DNA of 32,902 nucleotides from a virus (Duplodnaviria > Caudoviricetes). Made by a program: the position numbers and the translations under genes. Below are positions 1 to 8,919 of this stretch, piece by piece (the stretch's first letter is position 1; the number at the start of each line of letters is the position of its first letter). Below the pieces are notes generated by a model. That model was not told the origin of the DNA. It searched no databases and saw only the letters and a program-made list of their open reading frames with translations. The DNA lies in IMG/VR virus record IMGVR_UViG_3300025120_000267, positions 1-32,902 of that record, one strand, 5' to 3'.

Positions 1-5
1 TTGTA

Positions 6-20
6 AATATATAAACAAAT
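6..20 (+). promoter_or_regulatory. Putative phage late promoter motif (AATATATAAACAAAT)
   Basis: An identical 15-mer occurs at 27219-27233. It ends 10 nt upstream of the ATG and resembles the T4 late TATAAATA box. Confidence 0.5.
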
Positions 21-30
21 CAGGAACTAC

Positions 31-1323
31 ATGTACTCTAACGAACAATTAAATGCAATATACTCTTCCAAGATTGGATTAGAATTTGAATTCTTTGCAA
101 ATGAAGGATTAGAAGAAGTTAAACATAACTTATCTAATGTTTTAAATAAGCAAATCCGAATAGAAGAAAAGGCTCATAGTGAGTTTACCCCAACTGATGA
201 AATATTTAAATTAGAACCGGATAATTCAGGTGGATCTGGTATGATTGAATTAGTTACCGGCCCAATGCCTTTTGTTGAATCAAAATTAATTATTGCAAAA
301 ACCTTAAAGTGGATTAGAGAAAATGGATCTACAAATGAAAGGTGCTCTATTCATATTAATGTTGCCTTTGATGGAAAGAAATTAGGAACTCCCGTTAATG
401 TTTCAAAATTAGATATTGGTAAATTTGTTTTAAATTTTAATGAAGATAAGATTTATGAAGCATTTCCAAATAGAAAAGATTCTGTTTATGCTAAGTCTAT
501 AAAATTTATTGTTCCATTGAGTGGTATGACTCAACCTTCACCAGAAAAAAGATTATGGAAAAATTATATGTTTGTAACTGAAAAGTATTATGGCGTAAAT
601 TTTTCAAAGTTACCTAAAAATTATATTGAATTTAGATATCTTGGTGGAAAAGATTATGAAAATAGATATAATTCAATAATGAATCTTACTGAGCATTTTG
701 TTTTATCTTTATATGAGTCATTAATGAATCCTACTTATAACGAAAAAGATCTACAAAAATTAGATAAGCTTTTAGAAAAACATAAAGGTGTTATTCAATC
801 ATACAGAGCATACGATGCCTTTAAGAAAAAATTCCCGGATATAAAACTAATGGTTGATTTAAATACAAGCGACCAGATAGTAGAAACATTTTACCCTAAG
901 ATGAGAGAAAAGATATTTGAACTTTTAACAAAGGCTGATATGAAAAGTGGTTTAATTAATTATGATGCAGATACTGGGAAGATGCAAATTAAAGATTCTG
1001 AACTAATGAGATGTTATGAATTAGCAGGTTTTGATGTTGTGGATAGTAAGATACAAGGTAATCTTATTAGGTGTGATATCTTTAACTGCGAACTTATAAA
1101 TACCTCAATGACTGAATGTAATATATTTGGAGCATCTGATGCAACCGACTGTAAGATAGAAGATTCTTATGTAAGTAAAAATGTAATATGTAAAGATTCG
1201 TATGTTTTTGGTATGAGAGGTGTGTTTAGTGGAGAAATGGACGGGGGTATATTCAGGAAAGGTAGAGCAACTAAATTGGCTAGGTTTGAAAATACCGAAA
1301 TAATTGAAATAGAAAAAATATAA
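31..1323 (+). CDS. Putative amidoligase (glutamine synthetase/GCS-fold COOH-NH2 ligase, Amidoligase_2-like) with C-terminal beta-solenoid-like extension
   Basis: Ordered motifs IGLEFEF (ExE), EPDNSGG, IELVT, TNERCSIHINV, KYYGVNF and YIEFRYLGG match the COOH-NH2 ligase pattern. The last ~100 aa show 5-residue periodicity (CDIFN-CELIN-TSMTE-CNIFG...DCKIE-DSYVS). Confidence 0.75.
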   Translation: MYSNEQLNAIYSSKIGLEFEFFANEGLEEVKHNLSNVLNKQIRIEEKAHSEFTPTDEIFKLEPDNSGGSGMIELVTGPMPFVESKLIIAKTLKWIRENGSTNERCSIHINVAFDGKKLGTPVNVSKLDIGKFVLNFNEDKIYEAFPNRKDSVYAKSIKFIVPLSGMTQPSPEKRLWKNYMFVTEKYYGVNFSKLPKNYIEFRYLGGKDYENRYNSIMNLTEHFVLSLYESLMNPTYNEKDLQKLDKLLEKHKGVIQSYRAYDAFKKKFPDIKLMVDLNTSDQIVETFYPKMREKIFELLTKADMKSGLINYDADTGKMQIKDSELMRCYELAGFDVVDSKIQGNLIRCDIFNCELINTSMTECNIFGASDATDCKIEDSYVSKNVICKDSYVFGMRGVFSGEMDGGIFRKGRATKLARFENTEIIEIEKI

Positions 1324-1329
1324 AATAGT

Positions 1330-2193
1330 ATGGCTAATAAGAATACTTATTGTAATGATCCAGATGAAGCAGCATGTTTAGATGCATTAATAAAAGAAAT
1401 TAATGACGATTTAACTATTGCTTGCCAAATACCATTCACAGTTCCAAAAAAAGAATTGGCTCACATCATACAGAGGGCAAAAGGTTACTTTTATAAAATA
1501 TATGAAGATAGTGTAGAGCAAATGTATATCGCTTTACCGGCCGGTGCTGTAAATAAAAAAGATTTTAAACAAGGAGTACCTTTTGGGTCTGGGCAACCAA
1601 ATGAAATTATTACTAATAAGAAAAATATTAATAATCCTAGAGGTATAATACAAATGCCATCCAGAGTTTATTCTGTTAATGATGTATTTGAGATTGGTGG
1701 ATTTAGTGGAGAAGATGGTGGGTTTGGAGATTATAGCTTTAATGCAGGTGATGTTGACTTTTCAATAGATAAGTTTATTTATAGTGATGTATATGGTGCA
1801 GGTATAGGCAGCGAAAATTTAATGTACTATGTAGTTAATTCATTATTCTTAGATAACACAAGACAAGTTCTTCTACCACAAATATCATATACTTATAATA
1901 GATTAACAAAGAAATTTAGATTTCAAGGAGAATTACCTAAAAGAGCCGTAATTTTTGAAATATTTTCAACTATTCCTGATTGCGCACTATTTCAAGATGA
2001 AGCATTTATAAGATATGTTATAGGACAAGCTAAAATACAATTAGCTAGAATTTTAGGAACCTTTTCATTTAATCTCCCAGGAAACATTACTATTAATTAT
2101 GATTTAATTTCATCGGAAGGTAGAGATGAAGTTGATAGAGTAATTGAAGAAATTAAGGGGGATGAAGGTGTTGACTATTTTTTCACTGGATAA
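1330..2193 (+). CDS. gp13: Neck/head-completion protein, T4 gp13-like
   Basis: C-terminus QAKIQLARILGTFSFNLPGNITINYDLISSEGRDEVDRVIEEI resembles the conserved gp13 tail (K...LPGGVTxNG..IY.EA..EI..LEEE). The N-terminal helix 'IIQRAKGYFYKIY', the size and the structural context agree. Confidence 0.65.
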   Translation: MANKNTYCNDPDEAACLDALIKEINDDLTIACQIPFTVPKKELAHIIQRAKGYFYKIYEDSVEQMYIALPAGAVNKKDFKQGVPFGSGQPNEIITNKKNINNPRGIIQMPSRVYSVNDVFEIGGFSGEDGGFGDYSFNAGDVDFSIDKFIYSDVYGAGIGSENLMYYVVNSLFLDNTRQVLLPQISYTYNRLTKKFRFQGELPKRAVIFEIFSTIPDCALFQDEAFIRYVIGQAKIQLARILGTFSFNLPGNITINYDLISSEGRDEVDRVIEEIKGDEGVDYFFTG

Positions 2194-2223
2194 TTATAAT
2201 CTGAAAGCTATTAAATTAAAAGA

Positions 2224-2238
2224 GAATATATAATAAAA
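2224..2238 (+). promoter_or_regulatory. Putative late promoter motif (GAATATATAATAAAA)
   Basis: Intergenic, upstream of the gp25-like gene. The 14-mer AATATATAATAAAA recurs at 20613-20626. Confidence 0.5.
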
Positions 2239-2251
2239 TAATTGTTCTCCC

Positions 2252-2614
2252 ATGATTAGAGATATTTATAGTAGAGATATAGAAGCTCCGAAGTATAATG
2301 AAGATACTTTAGAGGTAAGTGATCCATTATCTCAACTAATTCTTAAAATTGAAAACGCGCTTTTTACAAGAAAGGGCGACGTTTTAGGAGTACCTGGTTT
2401 AGGAGCTAACTTAGAAGATTTAATATTTTCATTAGTTGTAAATGAGTCAGTAATACAAAATAATATTAATAGTCAGATAACAGCATTTTGTTTGGCTAAT
2501 GAAGGTGGTTTTAGTGTTGACACTAAAGTTACTTTTTATTCAACGGCAGAAGTAGATGGTTGTTTAGTTGATATTTTTGTAAATGAACAAAGAGTTATAG
2601 GGGCTCTTTTTTAA
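2252..2614 (+). CDS. gp25: Baseplate wedge subunit/sheath initiator, gp25-like
   Basis: 120 aa with the motif LFTRKGDVLGVPGLGANLEDLIF (gp25/GPW family TxxGERxxxPxFGxxLxxxLF). It lies directly upstream of the gp6-like gene. Confidence 0.75.
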   Translation: MIRDIYSRDIEAPKYNEDTLEVSDPLSQLILKIENALFTRKGDVLGVPGLGANLEDLIFSLVVNESVIQNNINSQITAFCLANEGGFSVDTKVTFYSTAEVDGCLVDIFVNEQRVIGALF

Positions 2615-2627
2615 AATAATAAATTGA

Positions 2628-4484
2628 ATGTCATTCTTTAGTAAAACAAGATTAAGAGCCACACAATTATTCCAGGATTCATTTGAGTACCTACAGCGTA
2701 CTTATGACCAGGCATCAGAGGTATTTACACCAGCATCTCCGTTTGGTCAAATACTTACTGTTATGGCTAATTTAGGAGAAATGATTTTCTTTTATATTGA
2801 AGCAGTTGCCACAGAATTAAATATAGCAAGAGCCAGAAATATTGAATCAGTATATGGTTTGTCTAGACTAACTGGACACGATCCTACAAGAGGTATATCT
2901 GCAAGAGGTATTATTGGATTAAGATTAAATACAAGTGCTGCTAGTCTCGTCGAAGGTGATTATGTTCAAATAATGAACGGTGCAAGCTTGGAGCTAGGTG
3001 CAAACGGTTTAACATATTTTGTTAGATTTAATAGTGATTTTATTAGACTCCAAAAAACTCAACCTGACTGGGTTTATGTAGAACTTATACAAGGTGAAAA
3101 AGAAGACCAGTCATTTACTGGAACAGGCTTAGCTTTACAAAGTTATAATTTAACAACCAAAGAACCTACAGATCAATTTTTAGTTGAGGTATTCGTCAAT
3201 GGTAAATTATGGAAATTAGTTGATTCTTTATATGATATGAACAATGGCGCGCAATGTGCTATGATTAAAACTAGTATTAATGGAGGATTGAGTGTATTCT
3301 TTGGTAATAATCAATTTGGAGAACCACCTGCATTAGGATCAAGAATTAAAGTTACTTACATTAAAACTAGAGGTAGTGCTGGTAATATTGGAGGTACACA
3401 ATTAGATATGAAGTTTTCAGAGCCTGGTACAACAGCATCAGGTGAACAGGTAGATTTAAATGAAGTTCTTTCTTTAACGGTTCAAAGAAATCCAAACTTT
3501 GGCTCTGATTCTGAAGATCCTGCATTTACTAGGTTAATTGCACCATACCAAAGTAATTCATTTGTTTTAGCAAATCCAAATAATTATATTTACTATTTAA
3601 GTAAGTATGACTTTTGGTCTTTTATAGATGCTTATAATACTAAGAATGATGAATACTTAGATGATGACAATATTATTTACTTATTCTTAATACCTGACGT
3701 AAAGAAAAAATTAACAAGTGATTTAGATTACTTCAGCGTTCCTGAGGTTGAATTTTCAATGACAGCACAGGAGAAAGAACAAACTTTAGAAATATTAAAT
3801 AAAAGTGGTAGACAGGTTGTAACTGCTGAGGTTAGAATAGTAGATCCTATCATTAGAAAATATGCTCTAAACGTAGTGGTAAGATATTTTGAAAATTATG
3901 ATAAAGATGCAGTAAGAATTGATATAAGAAAGAATTTAGATGACTATTTCTTAAATGTAAATAGAAGAGATAGAATTCCGAGATCTGATCTTATTTCTAT
4001 AATTGAAAATGTTGAAGGAATTGATTCAGTAAATATTTTCTTTATATCTGAACAAAATGAAAAAGCAATAAGAGACGGTTTTTATTTTGTACCTGTTTTT
4101 GGAACTGATCCAGTAACTGATCAAAAGGTTTTAATTGAAAATAAAAAAATAACATTATTACCAGGTGAGGATCCAAATTTAGGTTTAGATACCTTTGGTG
4201 ATGTAGTAATAGGTAATGATGAATTAGCAATAATAAGAGGTGGCTGGAAAGATAGAAATGGTACTTTTTATGAGCCTTTACCAGAGCCTAATAAAATTGG
4301 TTCTCTTAATGTATTCTTTAAAGAAGAAATAGCAAATAATCTTTACAATAAAATACAACAAGAAAGATATAATAAAACTCAACGTAATAGAGGTACTACA
4401 ATTGCAACAGGATCTAATGCACGAGGATTAAATACTGGTAGGTTACAGGATACAACAACGATAGAAGCATTAAAAGGAAATTAA
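2628..4484 (+). CDS. gp6: Baseplate wedge protein, T4 gp6/baseplate-J-like
   Basis: N-terminal SPFGQILTVMA...ELNIARARNIESVYGLSRLTGHDP, a central VFFGNNQFGEPP...IKVTYIKTRGSAGN and a late 'SDLISIIENVEGIDSV' are typical gp6/gpJ segments. Length is 618 aa. Confidence 0.8.
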   Translation: MSFFSKTRLRATQLFQDSFEYLQRTYDQASEVFTPASPFGQILTVMANLGEMIFFYIEAVATELNIARARNIESVYGLSRLTGHDPTRGISARGIIGLRLNTSAASLVEGDYVQIMNGASLELGANGLTYFVRFNSDFIRLQKTQPDWVYVELIQGEKEDQSFTGTGLALQSYNLTTKEPTDQFLVEVFVNGKLWKLVDSLYDMNNGAQCAMIKTSINGGLSVFFGNNQFGEPPALGSRIKVTYIKTRGSAGNIGGTQLDMKFSEPGTTASGEQVDLNEVLSLTVQRNPNFGSDSEDPAFTRLIAPYQSNSFVLANPNNYIYYLSKYDFWSFIDAYNTKNDEYLDDDNIIYLFLIPDVKKKLTSDLDYFSVPEVEFSMTAQEKEQTLEILNKSGRQVVTAEVRIVDPIIRKYALNVVVRYFENYDKDAVRIDIRKNLDDYFLNVNRRDRIPRSDLISIIENVEGIDSVNIFFISEQNEKAIRDGFYFVPVFGTDPVTDQKVLIENKKITLLPGEDPNLGLDTFGDVVIGNDELAIIRGGWKDRNGTFYEPLPEPNKIGSLNVFFKEEIANNLYNKIQQERYNKTQRNRGTTIATGSNARGLNTGRLQDTTTIEALKGN

Positions 4485-4485
4485 T

Positions 4486-4755
4486 ATGGCGACAGTAAAA
4501 AAAGACAGAACAGGATTCCCTAGCTTATATAGAGCAACATACGAGAATGGTTGGGACTTAAAAAATACAGGTTATGATTATAATACTAACCTACTAAATA
4601 GAACTATGTCTAATTATATGTTTAGGAATCCTCACTTAAAAAAATTCTTGGAAGAATATTTAAGCCCTATATTAGTATTTTGGATTAATAGAGTAAAATA
4701 TTTAAGGATCTATTATAATTTTGCAGTTCCTAAGTGGTATAAAAAAATAAACTAA
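4486..4755 (+). CDS. Small hypothetical baseplate-associated protein
   Basis: 89-aa ORF packed tightly between the gp6-like gene and the 1380-aa gene. It is helical and aromatic-rich; function not recognised. Confidence 0.6.
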   Translation: MATVKKDRTGFPSLYRATYENGWDLKNTGYDYNTNLLNRTMSNYMFRNPHLKKFLEEYLSPILVFWINRVKYLRIYYNFAVPKWYKKIN

Positions 4756-4758
4756 TAG

Positions 4759-7700
4759 ATGGTGGCTAATTGGGAACATCTATATTTTTTCGATAAAAAC
4801 GGAAAGAATTATAACATGAGTTATGACTCGTCTGCTGATATGTGGACTGGTGATATTTTTCTTTCTCAGGTTTCAATTGATTTATTTGAAGTAGGGCAAT
4901 TATTCATTTTACAAAAAATGATTGATTCATCCACTAATACTTTTCAGTGGGGTTACCCTCATGGGTATAGTGATGGTTCTGCTGGTGAACCTACTGGGCA
5001 GGCCGGTTGTGATTGGATATTTGATTGGAAAACGAATGACCCTAGTGAAATATTTTTATTTCAGTTTGATATGGATTTTAACACAGGCACCCAGTCTGCG
5101 TTAGTACAAGAACCTGATGGTCCAGAATTAATAAAGTTAACAAAATTACAAGCACCGTTAGATTATGATATAAATCAGAAAGAAGATTCAGATGGTTATA
5201 TTATTACTAATGAAATAAGATCTATTGCATTACAAGTTAATATTGCATTTTCATCACCGTTGGAAAATACCTACAAGAGAACTTTACAAATAACCGATGA
5301 ATGTACAAATACAACAGTTGCAGAATTTACTGTTTACGCGGAGAGTATAGAAGAAGATGAGAGATTAAGAGTTATGACGCAGAATATGGGTTATAATGTT
5401 ATTGCTTCTGATAGTACAGTATTTAAAGATACTAATATAAAAGAAGTATTACCTGATTATGTAGAGATTAATTTAAAGCGTAAAGAAATAATGTTAGAAG
5501 GGTCTAACATATATCCTTTTATTGGTGCATATAAAGGTTTAATAAATGCAATCAAATTTTTTGGTTACGATACATTAAAAGTTAAAGAATTCTGGAAAAA
5601 TGTAAATGCTAATTCAGCAACATTTGGTAATTATATACAAAGTAATGCTATTGATTTATTTTCACCTACTGTTAATTTTGATGATAAGAACATAACCTTA
5701 CCTAATAAGAATTTTAGAAAGACTGCATTATTTAGTTTAATTTATCGAATTAATAAAATCGTTCCTAATAAATTTACAGATGAAGATTTACCAGTAACAG
5801 AAGAAGTTCAAGAATTTACAATAGAAGAAACTTTAATTAAATTATTTGGTTTAAAGAGAAAGTTGGAAAATGAATATCTTCCACTGAATGCTCATATAAA
5901 AGATATTGCAGCCGAGGCTGATTTTTTTGGTTTATTAGAAGTAACCAATACTATAAGTAGAAATGAAAAGAATACTGTTAAGGCAGGGGTAAATGCTCAA
6001 TTTAAAGTAGCACCAAGGTCTTGTGTATATTTAGAAGATCTTAGGGCGTTTGATGAATTTTGTTTAAAAGAAGCTGCTATAGTAGGTAAAGCTATAATTA
6101 ATTTTTGTAATGCTTACATTGCACCATTAGGTGCAGGTACTGCTGCTGTAGGAGAAAACATGGTAGCTTCATACCAACCAGGACAAACATTACCTGCACC
6201 ACCAATAGGACCAGATCCTAATAGTGTATTAGGTGCTTTACAAGATGGTGGTAATGTTAGCATACAGGCTGTTGCTGGAGTATATGCTGCTTACTTTGCT
6301 AGGTATGCTCCAAACTTAAATAGAACACAAGCAGGTTATGTTGATGGAGAATCTTCATTAAGTTTACCAGACCAACCAGGCGTTCGTAGTGGTGCATTAG
6401 TTACATTAACAAATGATACATTTTCAAATATAACATGGAATACAATAAATAGTACATGGGATCAATTAACTAATGCTAATGATTTCTTTACATTTGATTT
6501 TAATGTACAAGGAGCTTTGGTTGGGGATGTATATACACTTAGTGATCCTGCAACATCAACGTCTGTTAGTCATTTGGTTGTTTTTGGTGATACTATTCAA
6601 ACAATAACTACTTCTTTATTTAATCAAATATCAACATTAAAAACTACTCAAACTGAACCTTGGTTATGGTTTGATTGGTCTCAGATTACAAATGATATTG
6701 GTCCATGTATAAGAGCTTATGGAAATGATGTTAACCGATTTGTTACTTCTGTTCAATTAGCTACACCTGGTACCGGTGGTAGATTTACAGATATACAATT
6801 ACCTGGTGAAACATTATTCACTTGGGCTGGTATAAAATATGTCAACGTATCAGAGATTGAATGGACTATCTATAAAGATGAGACTGATATTTCACCAGCA
6901 TATTATTTTAACATAAGAGGAAATATTGGAACATATGATAGCTTACCTATTACATTACCTTATGTTGGTGATTATTCTGTAGAGATGAAATTATATGATA
7001 TGTATAATAATGTTTCTCAAATAGTTAAGCAAGATACAATCTGTGTTGATGCAAGAGAAGTAGAATATTCTGGTTGGTATCAAGCAAGAAAATTAAATTA
7101 TACATGGAGTTCCGAAGGAACATATACGTGGAAAAATTATGGTGCACTATGGAATTTACCACAATCGCCAAAAATAACTTGGGACGAAGAAACACCTAGC
7201 TTATATGAATCATTAGACAGGGTTAATGCAATATTAAATAATTTTGGTATTGGAACAAATGCAGATTTTCAGATTCTTAATTTTCAAGATAGTGGAAAGG
7301 CTAGTTTTACAGGCCCTTATCAATGGAAAAATTTAAATAAGAAAAGCAATACCTGGACAAATGCTTATCATCTATGGTGGGATATGACACAGTGTACAGG
7401 TGACACCCCAGCATTCTTTCAGTTTAGTGAAATTAAACCTAATTCATATTTAAGGATAGAAGATAAGAAATGTAATATAGGTGAACATTATTTTGATTCT
7501 ACTACAGATACTTTAGGTGAAGCGGTTGATCAATTAAATTTAAGTGCTGATCCTATAATAAACAAGTATGTGTATAATTTAGTTTTAGACTCTTCATATA
7601 ATCAAATGTTTGTTCAAGCAGTATCAAGATACTACGGAAAGTTTGGGGACTTTAAATCTGTTGATATGGTAGATGTTGATGGAATTAGAATATGTGCAGG

Positions 7701-8901
7701 TGCTACTGGTACTGGTACGGATTATGTAGGTGGTCCTTTATTAGCATCAACCGATTATCCGCCTTTTGATAGATCTCTTGCAATTAATGGTTCTACTTTA
7801 GTTGCACTACCTGCCCTAGGTTCAACTCCTAAAGTTTCAGATGAATTTGTTAAAAAAGTTGCAAGAGTATATGAAATGATATTAGAACCAGACGCGACTG
7901 GTATTGTTTATAATAAACAAGCATTGGTTTTACAAAAATTACAAAGTAGTAAAACAATACAAAGGATTGGTTATGTTGGTATGGGATCTTACAATCCATC
8001 ATTGGAATCATTACCAGGGTGGGATAACACAAATGATAATAATGCTAATGTTGATTTCATTTGGGAAAATAATGCAATTTCTCCACAAGCGCAAATCACA
8101 GAAGTATTAGAACATGCTTTACACACTATCACAACTTTTGGTTTGCCTGGTGCATACCCTAATGTGTTTAACCAAACATCTTCATTTGGTCCAACCTTCT
8201 TAGCAATGTCTGAGGCTATAAATAATGGAACATTTGATACATCAGGATATACACAACAACCAGGACAAACGCTAGATCAATTTAATGCATTATTAATGAG
8301 GGAGTATTTATACTTATTAATTTATGCAGAATGGGATTTCATATCTACTTATGTAAGCGGTGGAAGTTTATCACCTGAATGGACTGCAACAACACCGGCG
8401 CTAGTGGCTTCACAGAACCCGCTAGGACATTCACTTTATACCTTTTATATTAGTAAGCTATTAGCTAAACCAACAAAAGGTATTTTAAATTCAATGTTTG
8501 CTGTTGGTGGAACTTCAGGGTATGTACCATTCTCTAATACTCCAGTAAGTGGAAATATAGATTGTTTAAGTAGAATTTATAAAAGTGGACAAAGCAGATC
8601 AGGTAATGCTACTTGGAATACTGCTAAATTTATTAATGATGGAAAAGTCTTACCACCTATGACATGGGCAATGTTTGTTTATGATAAATGTAGAATAGTT
8701 GGTAAAGAACAACCGAGGTGGACTATATCTAATACTACTGATGCATCAGTGGCGGATATATATTTCAATAGTAAGTACTTAACTTATCTTTTTAAGAACC
8801 CAGGAAGATATGTAATCACGTTAGAACTTACTGATAACAATGGGAATAAATATAAAAAGGATAGAAATATCTTAAATATAAAAGAGGTAGCAATATCTTA
8901 A
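4759..8901 (+). CDS. Large multidomain baseplate/virion protein (gp7/gpI-like wedge motif, two PKD/Ig-like modules, inserted zincin-like domain)
   Basis: IYPFIGAYKGLINAIKFFGY resembles the wedge 'KGT..ai' motif. It has Trp-rich TW repeats, two PKD-like units (EWTI...GDYSVEMKLYDMYNN and RWTI...GRYVITLELTDNNGN) and an EVLEHALHT...EYLY segment. Confidence 0.6.
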   Translation: MVANWEHLYFFDKNGKNYNMSYDSSADMWTGDIFLSQVSIDLFEVGQLFILQKMIDSSTNTFQWGYPHGYSDGSAGEPTGQAGCDWIFDWKTNDPSEIFLFQFDMDFNTGTQSALVQEPDGPELIKLTKLQAPLDYDINQKEDSDGYIITNEIRSIALQVNIAFSSPLENTYKRTLQITDECTNTTVAEFTVYAESIEEDERLRVMTQNMGYNVIASDSTVFKDTNIKEVLPDYVEINLKRKEIMLEGSNIYPFIGAYKGLINAIKFFGYDTLKVKEFWKNVNANSATFGNYIQSNAIDLFSPTVNFDDKNITLPNKNFRKTALFSLIYRINKIVPNKFTDEDLPVTEEVQEFTIEETLIKLFGLKRKLENEYLPLNAHIKDIAAEADFFGLLEVTNTISRNEKNTVKAGVNAQFKVAPRSCVYLEDLRAFDEFCLKEAAIVGKAIINFCNAYIAPLGAGTAAVGENMVASYQPGQTLPAPPIGPDPNSVLGALQDGGNVSIQAVAGVYAAYFARYAPNLNRTQAGYVDGESSLSLPDQPGVRSGALVTLTNDTFSNITWNTINSTWDQLTNANDFFTFDFNVQGALVGDVYTLSDPATSTSVSHLVVFGDTIQTITTSLFNQISTLKTTQTEPWLWFDWSQITNDIGPCIRAYGNDVNRFVTSVQLATPGTGGRFTDIQLPGETLFTWAGIKYVNVSEIEWTIYKDETDISPAYYFNIRGNIGTYDSLPITLPYVGDYSVEMKLYDMYNNVSQIVKQDTICVDAREVEYSGWYQARKLNYTWSSEGTYTWKNYGALWNLPQSPKITWDEETPSLYESLDRVNAILNNFGIGTNADFQILNFQDSGKASFTGPYQWKNLNKKSNTWTNAYHLWWDMTQCTGDTPAFFQFSEIKPNSYLRIEDKKCNIGEHYFDSTTDTLGEAVDQLNLSADPIINKYVYNLVLDSSYNQMFVQAVSRYYGKFGDFKSVDMVDVDGIRICAGATGTGTDYVGGPLLASTDYPPFDRSLAINGSTLVALPALGSTPKVSDEFVKKVARVYEMILEPDATGIVYNKQALVLQKLQSSKTIQRIGYVGMGSYNPSLESLPGWDNTNDNNANVDFIWENNAISPQAQITEVLEHALHTITTFGLPGAYPNVFNQTSSFGPTFLAMSEAINNGTFDTSGYTQQPGQTLDQFNALLMREYLYLLIYAEWDFISTYVSGGSLSPEWTATTPALVASQNPLGHSLYTFYISKLLAKPTKGILNSMFAVGGTSGYVPFSNTPVSGNIDCLSRIYKSGQSRSGNATWNTAKFINDGKVLPPMTWAMFVYDKCRIVGKEQPRWTISNTTDASVADIYFNSKYLTYLFKNPGRYVITLELTDNNGNKYKKDRNILNIKEVAIS

Positions 8902-8919
8902 ATTAAAATAACAAAGAAA

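Noticed and set aside
2201-2234. Third copy of the CTGAAA...TATAAT element upstream of gp25
   Set aside because: Spacing is 3 nt longer than in the two groES-flanking copies and the CAAA extension is absent, so it is not counted as the same element.
7690-8570. Cys-flanked insert as a possible intein
   Set aside because: No intein block A/B pattern, no terminal His-Asn before Cys/Ser/Thr, and no LAGLIDADG motifs.
4486-8901. 89-aa ORF is in frame with the 1380-aa ORF (possible read-through or split gene)
   Set aside because: They are separated by tandem stops TAA TAG followed directly by ATG. Read-through of two different stops is unlikely, and the shared frame has a 1-in-3 chance.
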